Assembly (NCBI GenBank): GCA_963708075.1 | Contig: OY970194.1 | Coordinates: 3,904,001 to 3,968,000 of the forward strand | Length of the DNA stretch: 64,000 nucleotides | Direction of reading: 5' to 3' | DNA from: Sedimentisphaerales bacterium | Lineage (GTDB): Bacteria; Planctomycetota; Phycisphaerae; Sedimentisphaerales; Anaerobacaceae | In this document: in pieces, positions 21,444-33,456 of the stretch | Position numbering within the stretch: the first letter of the stretch is position 1 | Layout: every line of letters begins with the position of its first letter | Translations under genes and position numbers: made by a program | The notes under the pieces: model-generated | What the model saw: the letters and a program-made list of their open reading frames with translations, nothing else | The model's database searches: none | What the model was told of the DNA's origin: nothing

Positions 21444-24400
21444 TCAGGGGTTGCTCAGGTCAACCACATCGGCACGGCGGGCTTCCGGCGTGACTTTGAG
21501 AGATCGCAACTTGCCGTCACGATATGTGCCATCGATCATCGTCTGATAGGGGGCGTGGAGTTTGAAGTCCACATCCCAGTCCTTCGGCCAGGCGGGCAGC
21601 AGGAGGATCTTCCTGCCGTCCGTCTGAAGGAGCATGGCCTGGAACGTCTCCATCAGAACCCCGCCGTGACACTGGTCCGGCGTCCAGTCGTAATTCGGGC
21701 CCCAGAACGCGGGGAACCGCTCGCGCTGGTCGTGGTGGCAGGCGCGCTCAACGAGCCCTTTCCGCGCGGCATCGGTGAGGCCGAGGTACGCCATGAAAAC
21801 GTCGTCCTGCCGCCAGCCACGATGGCCCTTGTCCCACCGGTGCTCCAGGGCTTCGATACCCCACTGCGGGTTTGGCCGGTCCAGGGCGATGAGGCGGAAG
21901 GGAAACACGGCATAGAGCTCCGGGTTCTCAATGTTTCGCTTTGTGTCGTATGTCTCGGCCGGCGCCAGGGCTTTTGCCCCTTCCACGTCACGCAGCGGCA
22001 GCGGGGGCAGCTTGTCATGAAGTCGCTGCCACAACTCACGCTCAGCAGCGGGGACCGCCTCGGCAGGCAGCGTCAGCAGCCTCTCCGTCACGGCGATGCA
22101 ACCTGCCAGCTCCGGCATCGGATTCGTGCAGTCCCACCAGGTCTCCACCGCCTGTGCGGGATGCATAACCAATCGGCCCCGCTGGTCCGTGGGGTAGTGC
22201 TGATCGAAGAACGTCAGGATCTCGCGCGCGAAAGGAATCGCCGTCTGTCGCAGGAACCGTTTGTCGAGCGTGTGCTCGTAATAGTCGAGCATCATCCAGC
22301 AGAGCTCGAGACCCCCGACCCATTCCCATTTGTGATAACGGCTCTCCTGCAGTTTGTCGGTACGCTGCTCGAAGGGCGTCCAGCCGTACGTCTCGCTAAA
22401 GATCGCTCCCCAGAAGTAGATACACTCCGGCAAGAATGCGCCCTCGTGGCCACAGTAAAGCTTCGTGCGATACTTCGATAATTCGAGCACCTCGCCGGCG
22501 TACATTCGCCACAACGGCTGCATCAGGTCGAAATCGCCGGACGTGCACATGCCGAAGTACGGCAAACGCGTGTTCTGCCACCAGTAGCCGGGACCCCAGC
22601 GGCGATAATCCGGATCGTCCTCGGTGCCCGCGGGGGCCGTAAGGAGGCTGCCGTTGAACTTGATCGGATATGCCCCGCGACCGGCACAGGCGTTGATGAA
22701 CCGCTGCAGATGGTACATCTGGCTGATGTAGGCGGCTTTGTCACGAACGGCCTGCCCGGAGTTGTCGGCAACGATCTTTCCGTCCACGTAGAGCCGACAG
22801 CCGCCGGCCGCCGAGTCTGCGACAGCCACTACATGGGTCCAGTGACCGGCGGGCACGGCGTCGCGCACGTCAAGCTGGTGCTCGGCGCAGATCAGCCGAA
22901 GACTGTTCCCGGGATACGTGTCGAACAGGAAGCCGTCTCTATCGCCGGGAGTGATCTTATCCACAATTCGCGCGCCGCCGGCGGACAGCTTCTCCGGCTT
23001 GAGCCAAGCCTCGATAGTGAAGCCCTGTGCGAAGTCCCACGACGCCGAGTCTGCTACCGGCCCCGCCGCCGTGCCGGTCCACAGCACGTCGGCAGATTGT
23101 GCAGGGGCCGTGCTGCGATTCAGTTTTGCCAGTTCTTGTATCTGGGCGTTGGTCAGTGGTCTTGTGAAGATACTCACGCGGCCCAACTCGCCGGCGAATC
23201 GGTTGCCGCCGCTTTGGTCGAGAACCGATCCGCACGGGATGAGCATTCGAGGGGACAATGGAGTCCGTCGAAGTAACCTCTGCCTCTGAATTGGCGCCGG
23301 CGCGAATCCAACTGCGATCCCAGAACCGGGCCCACCACTGCTCGTGGGCCTTGCGCCGTGCGGACGAATCCTGGGACTCCACGCGACGGATGACCTCTTC
23401 CATCTCCGCCAGCCATCCGTCGGGCTTGGAAGGATGCCGCGTGAGAACATAAATGCTGAACTGATGCGAAGTCCCGCGAGGTGATTGCAGACGAAGGTCG
23501 TCCAGCCTCCGTCCTCCGGGTGCGGTCACGACAGCACCAAAGGTACGATCCAGGAGTGGGTCGGTTTGCTTGAAACCAGTCAGTCCTTGAACTTCAGCAA
23601 GCAACTGCGGGCCAACGGACTTGATATTGTGATGATACCAACCGATGCGATCTCGCTGACCGGTCAGGACGGTGTCCGGCTCGATGATAGTTTGCGCCTG
23701 CCGCTTGTCCGGCAGACTGCGATTGAGGAGCACATCGCTGGTCTGCAATTCCGTCAGTTCGTGTTGCTTGGTGCGCCACAGCTCGACAACCGCTGTGGCT
23801 TCGAGCGGCGACGCACTCTCGGCAGCAACGTGGATGACCGGCAGATTGGCGTCAACCCACACCTGCACACTCGTCCGCTTGGGACCATCGCCGGCCTCGA
23901 CTTTCAGTGTGGCGTCACGCAGGCTCAGCGTCTGGCGAAATGGCGGATTGTTCGCGAACGGATTTGGCTCCAGATGGACGCGAACCGCGCCAACCTTGAC
24001 CAGCCGGGCGTTGTCATCCCATGCGTCGGTCTTGCCGATGAAGAACTGCACGTCGCCCTGAGGCGTGACCCAGGCATTCAGGGCGATATCACCGTTGCCC
24101 AGCGGCATCGAGCCATGGTGATCGATGCTGAGCGAGTCCCAGACAACATTGTAGGCGTCCTCGCTTGTCGCGGGACTGGAAGCCCCTGCTTCATTCGGCT
24201 CGAACAGCAGAAATTCCCAGATCGTCGGGCCATCCGTCGCCTGGAGGACGTTCAGGCGGACTTTTTGCACCGCGACCGGCGAGAATTTCAGTTCCAGACC
24301 TGAGCTGATCTTGCCGCCGCGGGCAAACGCCTCCCATCGTCCATCGCGCTCGGCCTGCAACTCGAACTCCTCGATGCGATCATACGCTTCGCTGAGAAAG

Positions 24401-27192
24401 GCACGATCAATGGTACGTGGCCTGCCTAAGTCTACGGCCAGCCAAGCCTGCTTGAGACCCGCATCCGTGGCCCAGCGGGTCCCCGGGTCGCCATCGAAGG
24501 CCAGTTCTGGCCGGCAGTCCCCACGATTCTGGTAGATGTTCGAGGCGGTAGCCGGCTGGCCCCTCGCTACTGACCTCGCGGCATCGGACGGCAATTCCGG
24601 GGGAGTGCCGGAGGCCTGGCCACCTGCCGGCGGATGGCCCTTCTTGTCGAGCTTCGTATTCAGCGCAGCCCGCTTGGCCGGCGGCACGAGCGGCTCCCAG
24701 TTTGTAAGAGCCTCAATCTCGGGCACCGCCGAGTCCGTGCGGCAACGCAATGTCACGATCTGTTGCGGCCGCACGGGGAACCGGTAAGCCGGCCCGCCTG
24801 TCAAAGGCTGGCGGCGGCCGCCCACAAGATCCGTCAAAGCAGCCTCGTGATGCGGCAGGTTCAACGCCACCTCCGCCATCCCAGCCACGCCCAGGCACTC
24901 GGCCAGACGCAACTCGATCTCGCCGCCCTCACGGCGCATCGCCTCGACAATGACGTTGTCGGATGTCTGCAGGAATGACTGTGGTGCAGCTTTGGCTGCA
25001 TTTCCAGTCACAACCGGCGGACAGTTGAACTCCCAAGCCATTTGCGGGATGCGAGCGTTCTTCCAGTCGCCATCGTGCGCGACGAGAGCAAAGGAGAGAT
25101 TGTGCCGGCCGCGGCCGCTCAGCCACGCGCATGGGTAGCCCATGTAGATGTCCTGGGCGTTAAGCAGGAAGAGCACCGGTGTCTGGCCGGTAAGCTCGCG
25201 ACCGGGCAGGCCACGGTCGAGAATCGCCACGCCACCCTGCGCATACTGGTAGTGCGACCAGCGGATCGCCGCGACAATTCCGTCGGCGAACCCGGCAAGG
25301 GTTGGGTTCTTCGCCGCCCACGCTCCATGCGAGAAGCCATACGGAATGCCTCGCCGTGCCTCCTGGATCGGCTGAGCGAGCGGGAACTCTGCCACAACAA
25401 CCGTTTTGTCGGGGACGTCATTCAACTCGACGTCGAAATCGATGCGGGGATAATCCTTGTAGAAATGCAGTTTCTGCCGGGAAGCGCCGCCACCGTGGAA
25501 TGCGGACTCAACATGTACGATTGTCGCGAGAGGGCCATCGCTCACAGTGACGCGAGGCTTGAACTGCGATGAGTCAGCGAGACGCTTTCGCTGATCGCGT
25601 CGCGGCGTGCTGTGGAAATCGCCTGCCTGCTCAGCCACGAGCAGCACCGGGCCGGCGAGAATCTCACGGCCGGAGGGTTTCAGCTTCAGGCTGCTCAACG
25701 CGCCGGTGTTCGGATCGATCCGCACGCGATAATAGGCCGTCTCAATAACCGCCGGCAATTCGGTCGGCTTTGGGGCCGTCGCGGCTTGGGCCGAGGTCTC
25801 CAAGGTGAGGACACCCGCCGATGGCAACGTGGCGCGACACAGCATCCGGCCGTCCCCATCGGCCTGGCATCTCACATCCGCCAAGCTCGTTCCCACAGGC
25901 ACATCCAGCCGCAGCGGATCGGTTCGTGACCAGTTGAGCGGATTGAACAAGGCCACGGACCGGCCTTGCCCCGCCATCTTCTGAAGGGCCGCCTCCGCTG
26001 TGCCGCCAGAGATATTCTCTACTGACTCGAAACGGTCGCGCACATCCCACGACTCTTCATTCTCGAACACCATACCGCCAGCCGCACCCCAGAGAGTATT
26101 GCGGTCCATGTTCAGCAGCATTTCGAGCCAGCCATGGTAAAGGGATTGCGTGGGATAGCTGAAATCCGTGTTAAGACTTGCCACCGTAGCCAGCATCTCC
26201 GCGGCCTGAAGCTCATGCTCAGCACGGCGATACCAGCCCTTGACCTTGGGGCACTGAATCCAAAACGATGTCCAGCTCAGCCGTGCACCGCTGTGGCTCA
26301 CGGGCAGCTCAATCTGGCCGGACTTGATCCCAGGCAGCACGGCGTCCACGTAGGCACTCAGACCACTGAAACGCAGCTTCGTTTGTGGTGCAGCCTGGCT
26401 CCACTGCGAAAGAAGCATCGATGGGTACTCTGTACAGGCCGGGGCGAGTGAATAATCGCCGTGGCCGGCGAGCACGAGCACGGGTGCTCCGGCGGGTGTC
26501 CGAGTCGCCCGAGACTTCGCATCCTGCAGGAGCTTGCTCAACGCGTCTTTATCCAGCGGGGTCTGCGTGCTGAACACCTGCCCCCAGTCGGAGTAGTGGC
26601 CGGGCGAGATCGCCAGGCAACGGGAGCCGTCCGGGGCTTCGAGCCAGTGCATCGTCTTGTTGGTGGGATTGTCGCGCGTGTACACCATCGCGTCGAGCCC
26701 CAGGCCCGAGACGATCTGTCCCATCTGCTCGTGCACCCCGGTGACGTCGATGGTCCAGGCGAATCGCGGCCGCACCCCGAAGACCTGCTGCTGCCAGCGA
26801 AGCCCCTCCACGCCCATCTTCACCAGGGCCTCGCCGCCCGACAGATTGATCGTGGGTTCGAGGAAGAAAGCATTGACCAACTCTACACGTCTCTCGTGAA
26901 TTCGTTGCTTCAACTCCGCCACCCTGTCGGGGTGAAAGTTGAGAATGGCGATCATGTTGTTGCATTCGGACAGTGCGAAGGCGTAATTGGGGTCATCGCG
27001 CACCCGGTCGAGGTGGTCGAGGTAGTCATTGGCGCAGTAGTTTCGCTCCGTGGACCAGTCGGTCAGCCACCCGCAGCTCGCCGGGTGGAAATTCGGGACG
27101 ATGAAGACCTCGGCCGGCTCCGCTGCCGCACCAGCAATTCCCAACAGACGGGACAACAGTACGAATCCAGATATCGCAACCTTCGTATTCAC
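21444..27192 (-). CDS. About 1915-aa multidomain glycosidase: GH38 alpha-mannosidase-like + F5/8C (CBM32) + GH95/DUF5703-like with LamG insert; frameshift at about 23223
   Basis: GH38-like N-terminus (FHPASCGWL, AWTIDVTG); LAFDGDPGTRW F5/8C; SMPLGNGDIALNAW, IKFNGSL, WWQNTRLPY, LLPAWPKDWDVDFKLHAP; the two ORFs join as VRIGLDQSGGNRF. Confidence 0.82.
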
Positions 27193-27213
27193 GGCTCCTT
27201 CTCCTTGACAACG

Positions 27214-27552
27214 TCAGTCCCAGTGAAAGACCTCGTCCATACTCGCCCACCACTGCCCTTCGGCACGGTCGGGCAGCGGCTGCTGACAGGGCATGCAGGC
27301 GTCCCACCACTTCCGCGTGGTCGGATCGGCCGCCATCTTTGCCGTATCCGCGGCGAAGTCCTCCCCCACGTACTCGAAATAGCTGAACAGGTAGTGATTC
27401 CCGTCGGGCAATCGACGCAGGTAGATTGAGTAATTCCGGATGTTGCAGTCGGTAATCATCTTCAGGACATCCGGCCAAACCGTCGCATGCAGCTTCTTGT
27501 ACTGCTCGATCCGGTCCTGCTTGAGCCCGATGACCGTCCCATATCGTTTCAT
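27214..27552 (-). CDS. rhaM: L-rhamnose mutarotase
   Basis: YKKLHATVWPDV, IRNYSIYL, LFSYFEY, TRKWW. Confidence 0.9.
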   Translation of the reverse strand: MKRYGTVIGLKQDRIEQYKKLHATVWPDVLKMITDCNIRNYSIYLRRLPDGNHYLFSYFEYVGEDFAADTAKMAADPTTRKWWDACMPCQQPLPDRAEGQWWASMDEVFHWD

Positions 27553-27590
27553 AGCCTGAGCCTCCTGTGTTGTGCCGGGCCGTCGATCCC

Positions 27591-28666
27591 TCAATGCCCT
27601 GCCGCGTGCTGCCCCAGGTAGTTCCCATAGGTCAATGCCAGCACCGCCCCGCCGACAACAAGCAATCCCGCAAGGATAGCCGCCTTCGTGCGAGAGCGTC
27701 GCCCGTGCCATTCCCGCATCGCAACGCCTGCCAGACTGCTGAAAAGGATCAGCATGAGCATATGAATGGCCCAGCTCGAGAACTCGAATTTCCCCATGCG
27801 GACGTGGGCGATGCCGTAGAAGAGGAATTGGCTGTACCACATAGCGCCGGTCAGCAAGGCCATCAGGTAGTTGGTCGGCAGCGCCCCGGCGAAGGCATCC
27901 TTCGCCCGGCGGAACTCGTGGAACGTCTTTTGCGACCACGATAGCCACAGACAATAGAGAGCCGTCGTCACAAAGGCGCCCGTGTTTGAGAAGATATATA
28001 CCACGTTCGTTTGCCAATGGCCGGCGCCGAATCGTGCGGCGGCCTCGGCGATGGGCTTGCCGGTGTCATTGACGGCGATGCCATAGACTGCGGAGAAGAC
28101 TCCGGCGATGCCGCACAGAAGCAGCCCTTTGCCCAAGGCAAACGACCGGGCAGCCGTGCCATCGGTGCCCTGCAGTTCCACCTCCTTGAGCCGGCCCGCC
28201 ATGCCGCACATGAGCGTGCCGAGCAGACCGATGAACACGCCGCTCATCACCCATCCTGAGCCTCGCTGGTCAAGAATGCCCTGCAGCGCCCCCTGAGGAT
28301 CGGCCCGGTCAATGTGCCCAGCACACAAGAAATACCGATCGCCAGGGCATAGGTCAGGGAGTAACCGATGTGGCGAATGGCCATGCCGAACGCTGTCCCA
28401 CCGATGCCATACGCGACTCCCAGGGCGAACGTGACCAACATGGCATTTCGCGGGGCCGAGCGCAGGACGTCCATCAATTGCGGAATAGTGATCCAGGCTC
28501 CAACGATCGGCGCGATGAACCAGCAGACCGACGCCTGGGCCAGCCAGTACGTCTGCCAGGACCAGCCTCGTAGTTTCTGCTGCGGTGTATAGCAAAGCGC
28601 GGCGGAGGTCGCGCCGAATGCGTGCAGGACTACTCCGAGAATCGGGTTGGCTGCTACAATTGCCAT
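27591..28666 (-). CDS. rhaT: L-rhamnose/H+ symporter RhaT family; frameshift in a G-run near 28290
   Basis: YTPQQKLRGWSWQTYWL, YGIGGTAFGMAIRHIGYSL, MWYSQFLFYG, SSWAIHM. Confidence 0.85.
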
Positions 28667-28669
28667 GGG

Positions 28670-29893
28670 TTACGGAGCCTCATTGAATCGGCCGAGGTCA
28701 AGCGGGTAGACGCCGTGCTCTCGGACTAGTCTCACGATATAGTCATACGTTCGGCCGGAGACGTTGCTGGTCACGGAGTGGTCCGACTGAAAGATGAATC
28801 CGCCGCCTTTGGCCGCGTTGAGCTTGCGCAGGACCTGCCGGCGAATCTCGTCCATATCTCCGGCCTCCCAGACCTGGACATCGCTGTTTCCGCAAAACGC
28901 CATGCGATGGCCGTACCTTCGGCGAAGCTCGACGACATCCATCCCGGCTTTGACCTCCAGCGGATTATAGGCATCGATGCCGATCTCAATGTAGTCTTCA
29001 AAGATGGCTTCGACGTTGCCGCATCCATGATAGATGACGGGCAGTCCCTTGCGGTGCGCGTAATCGGCCATGGCCTTGACCCACGGTTTGAAGTACCGGC
29101 GCCAGTAGTCGGGCGAGAAGAACAAGCCCCGCTTGTAGGCCACGTCGCCCCAGATCACGAATCCGTCGAGCAGTCCCTCGCCCGCGTCGATCTCGGCCTT
29201 GGCGCAGGCCGTGTAGAATTCGCCGATCCGGTCAATCACCTTACCCATGCGGTCCGGGTACAGGCCCATCCAGAGCATGGTGTTCTGCTGTCCGATCAGC
29301 CGCGTCAGGCACTCGGCGCATTCGATCATGCTGCCGTACACCGGGAAATCGGGCCGCAGGGACTTGACCGTGTCGATCCATGCAGGCGAGTTACGCTCAA
29401 ACCCGTCGCCCACGCCGGCGATCTGATTGTCCCCCGCCTCGAAGTACCGGCGTCGATCGTCAGGCGGGTCGAACTCGATAGCCTCCAGCTTCTCGAACGT
29501 GTCGGTCTCCCAAGCCGTCATTTCCGGCATGGGACAGGCGAACTTCTTTCGCATGACAGCCCCGAACCCCGTCTTGACGACCACTTCGTCAGATGTCTCC
29601 CTAAGCGTTTCAAATGACCGAATCCACGGGTCCATGTTGGGAACCGTCACAATCCAATCGAGATCGTAGTAGTAGTATGGATTGGCGTCCGGGGGCAGAT
29701 CGAGTTCCTTCCGCCATCGCCTGAGAAAGCCGCCCCAGAAGAAGTCGCTGATGGGCACCCGATCCGGCTCCTCGTGCCGAAGCGTTCTTCTCATCCGTTC
29801 CAGTTTCTCGTAGGGGCGGGTTTCAAACCCGCCCGTACTGGTGGTCTTGTGTGCCCCGCCGCCCGTCCGGCCGGTCGTCTCAAACATGCCCAT
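28670..29893 (-). CDS. Uroporphyrinogen decarboxylase/cobalamin-independent methyltransferase (URO-D/MtaA-like) family protein
   Basis: HEEPDRVP, IWGDVAY, IYHGCG, GGGFIFQSDHSV. Confidence 0.82.
   Translation of the reverse strand: MGMFETTGRTGGGAHKTTSTGGFETRPYEKLERMRRTLRHEEPDRVPISDFFWGGFLRRWRKELDLPPDANPYYYYDLDWIVTVPNMDPWIRSFETLRETSDEVVVKTGFGAVMRKKFACPMPEMTAWETDTFEKLEAIEFDPPDDRRRYFEAGDNQIAGVGDGFERNSPAWIDTVKSLRPDFPVYGSMIECAECLTRLIGQQNTMLWMGLYPDRMGKVIDRIGEFYTACAKAEIDAGEGLLDGFVIWGDVAYKRGLFFSPDYWRRYFKPWVKAMADYAHRKGLPVIYHGCGNVEAIFEDYIEIGIDAYNPLEVKAGMDVVELRRRYGHRMAFCGNSDVQVWEAGDMDEIRRQVLRKLNAAKGGGFIFQSDHSVTSNVSGRTYDYIVRLVREHGVYPLDLGRFNEAP
29810..29838 (+). repeat. GTAG-type REP copy 1 (inside CDS)
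   Basis: GTAGGGGCGGGTTTCAAACCCGCCCGTAC, identical to 62105-62133. Confidence 0.9.
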
Positions 29894-29906
29894 ACTACCC
29901 CTTCGG

Positions 29907-29941
29907 GAATATCGAATTTCGAAATCCGAATTTCGAATTTG
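29907..29941. repeat. Five tandem heptamers (GAATTTC-like)
   Basis: gaatatc gaatttc gaaatcc gaatttc gaatttg. Confidence 0.8.
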
Positions 29942-30143
29942 CGGAAGGCCAGCTTCCGTTCGATGTCACCAACATACAGCCTACCCACCACACCGGCGCC
30001 GTCAACACCAATCATCCCCTCCGCAAGTGCGGGCGAATCATCATTCGCCCCTGCTCCCCACCGTATGAGTCCGTGGATCGGCCGTCATCCAGGCTTGAAC
30101 GCTACGGGTTCCCGCCGTCTAACACAGGGTGATGATGTCTGCA

Positions 30144-33100
30144 TTATTCCTCCCACGGATTAGGGGCGAGGATGATTTGCCGCTGGGCCGTGTACGGGGC
30201 TTGCGGCGATGCAATGGTTCTGGCCTGAAGCGTGTAGATGCCGCACTGGAGGCCACGACTTTCGAACGCGCCGCGCAGGGAGCCGGGCACTGCTTTGTGC
30301 GTTTGCTCTGCAACGAGCCTGTCGCCGGTCAACAGGGAGACCTTGATTTCGCCGCTCGCAAAGGCGGCGCTGACAGTCCACGGAATGATTTCGCCCGCAT
30401 AGTATTCGTCGAGCGGCGTCATAATGGTCAGCGGCGGCTCTTCGATGCCTTGCAGCGAAACGTCATCAATGTAGAAGAGAGCTTTCCGGGCTGCTTCGGG
30501 ATCATCAGGGGCAGGGCAACTGATATGAATGTCCAAATTCTCGAAATCGCCACGTAAGCGGCCCTGGGCCTCAAAGCGGTTCCAGACGGCGGGGTCGTCC
30601 ACGCCGCCCTGGTAGCTGATCCCATCCAGAAAATCCTGCTTGCCGAACTCGCGCAGTGTCATCCCCGGCACGGCCGTCCCACCGCCGAGCCGAAGCCAGT
30701 AGCCAACCTTGACGCGCTTGCCACGCAGTTGCCGGGCCGCCTCTTGAGGCACCTGTACGTTAACGATGAGGTAGCGTTTGCCGTCGTAGACAGAGCCTTT
30801 CCCCGCTGCCTTGCTGAAATCCCACTTCAAGCAATAGCGGCCTGAGTGGGCGACTTCGTCGGTCACGCTCAAGGCGTCCACAGGCTTTTCCTCCGACTTC
30901 GAGTACTGGTCGGCAATGTAATACGATGGAACGGGAAAGCCGTCGGCCTGTGGGCCGGCCTCGAACGACGGATCGCCAATGAGGTTGGGGCCGACCTGTT
31001 CCGCTGCGGCCGGGTTGGTCACGACGGCCGGGAAGGAGAGCGCCAGGTCCTGATCGCCCATCAGACTGAGGATTTCGCGCGCCATGCGCCAGCGATAGCG
31101 GGTGAAGGCCAACGGATTGTCGATGGTGGGCGCGTTGGGATCCAGGAGCGGCTCCAGGACGCGCTGCGGCCCGTTGCGCGGCTTCGGTTTGGCCGCGTTC
31201 TCTGGCTTGCCGAATCTGTTGCTGTAGCGTGGCCACATAGCGGCAATCGTCTACGCCTTCGCGGCAGAGTTCCCAGTAAATGGTCGGCGTCGGCGCATCG
31301 ACGCCCGGGAAAACCACGTTCCAATCCTTGTGGCCGCCGTCGAAGTCATTGTGGGGATTGGCTTGCGTGGCGTCGAATCCCCACGCCGTGGCGACTTCGG
31401 CGCCGGAGCGGAGGAACTCAAGGCCCATGTTGCCACGCGAAGCCAGCGTGCTGTGTCCATAGAATATGCCGTTCTCGTAATACCAGAACGGATGTCCCTG
31501 TCGGGCTTCTCGCACGACTTTGTTGCGGTTGTAATGGCCATACGCGTAGATGCGCACGTCCACGCGGTCGCCGAGGCGCTGCACGTCGCCGGCGGTCAGG
31601 GTGGTGGCGGTCTTACAGCCGGGCACCTCATGGACAAACCCCAGGACATTCTCGGCAAAGAGCATGCGGTTGGCCGTCTTGTTGTTGCCCGGCTCATCGA
31701 TGGGATAGAAGTACAGCGAGGGCCAGCCACGGCGCTGCGCTTCCTCATGGATGTACTTGACGAGCCCGACAATCGCCTGGCGCGCCTTGGGGCTGAACGT
31801 GCCGGGGACGTGTTCCTTGCCAGGCTCCGCAAGACCATACTCCAGGTTCCGAAAGGTGTATTCGCAGCCGATCGCCACAGGCGTGCTGGAGCCCAGCGTC
31901 TTCCAGTACTCCAGGTCCCGTGCGAGCCCGGATATGTCGTAGGTGAAACCGCCGTCGGGGTTCTCCGTCACGCCGAAGTAGTAGTTGAATATGGCCAGGT
32001 CGAACCCGTGGTCACGGTAGTCCGCCAGGTCGGCGCGGACCAGGCGATCCATTTCGGCGGGCGTATTCCGTCCTCGCCGGTCCGGGCCTCTCAGCCCGCC
32101 AACGGGCGGAAAGCTCTCCAGCCACGTGCCCCAATGCCTGTCCACGGGCCGGCTCAGTCGAAACGGCAGGACCAACAGGCGCCACTCCAGGACTGTGGGC
32201 GGCGCCTTCTCCGGTCGCACGGTCAGTGACATCCGATAGCGCCCGGGCGCCGCGTCAGGAGGGATGCGCACGGTCAGCCACCACTGCTTGACCTGGCCGG
32301 CGGCCACATGAGAGGCGCGGCCGGTAGGTCCTTCGATCATCTCCGGCACGATGTGGTATTCGCCCTTACCACCCCAACCGCTGACGCGTTGGGGCCAGCA
32401 CCGAACGATCCCCACCTTCACGTTGTCGCGTGTTATGGTCTGTTTGTCCTTTTCCGCCACGAAGTCGGACAGTTCCAGAGTCACATGTCCCAGGTCTTTC
32501 TGGGGACAAATGCAGAATGTGGCGGGCTCGAATTCGCCCGGCGCAGCAAAAGCAGTCACGGGCTTTCCAATGATCGAACGTGCAGGCACAAAGGTCGGCA
32601 TGATCTGGTCGGTGTAATCGGTGGGGAAGACCACATAGCCCTTTTCCTGCTCGGCGGCGCTCCAGTCCAGCGGCGGGTTCGCGGGCCCGGATTTCACTTC
32701 GTGCCAGTTAGGCAGCTCCGGCTCGGTCAGAAAGAAAATGTCCCGTTCGAGTCCGGCGACGACTTCAGCAAGCTCCGGCCCTTCCTTGCCGATTACCAGG
32801 CCGTTCAGGACCCAGCCATGTGGGCCCCTGAACTCGATCTGCAATCGCTCGTCAGCCGCACGGGCCGGAAAAGACTCCATAAAGACAAACCGTGCCCGCG
32901 GAATGCGCATGTCCAGTTTCTTCTCGCCGTTAGCCCATACCTCAAAGAGCGGTGGATCCCATTCGGGGTCGCCGGCGACGAGCCATACTGTGTACTCGCC
33001 GTCTGGCAAGGTCATCTGGAAAGCGTTGTCGCTCTCTCCCTCGATGAGCGCACAAGTCACATCCGACGTGATTCGATAGGCACCATACACCGAGGCAGTG

Positions 33101-33378
33101 TATTTATCTTCCGGCAATACGATCGCCGAGCCGCCGCGGTCAGAGGCCACTAAGCCCTGCGTCGATTGGAAGCCATAGCCCTTTTCGGATGTGAAGGCTT
33201 CCGTGACGGTTACTTTGGTGAAACCGACGCGGGCGGCGGAAGTAGGTGTGCCGAACTGGAACCTGGCCACTATCGCGGCCTGTCGGTTCGTCGCCACCCC
33301 GCCTGGGGGAGGATCATTGACGGCGGCAGACTTTTCTCCAGTACCTGCCAACACCACAGCGAGTAGCCATAACCACAT
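30144..33378 (-). CDS. Secreted GH123/DUF4091-like glycoside hydrolase with C-terminal CBM4/9-like domain; frameshift near 31166
   Basis: Signal peptide after GGAGGA RBS; GEFEPATF, YFYPIDEP, WELCREGVDDCRY; NLIGDPSFE module in the second frame. Confidence 0.65.
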
Positions 33379-33456
33379 CTCTGTCCTCCTTCTGCCAATC
33401 GTGTGCACGCTCGCATCCTTCGGATGGCATGATTTCCCGCCCCGGCCACTCCTGCG

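Noticed and set aside
29810..29941. CRISPR array or integron attC cassette array
   Set aside because: Repeats are isolated, not regularly spaced, and no cas or integrase gene is present.
29942..30030. Possible gene remnant (MIGVDGAGVVGRLYVGDIERKLAFRK, NHL-repeat-like)
   Set aside because: Too short to support a call.
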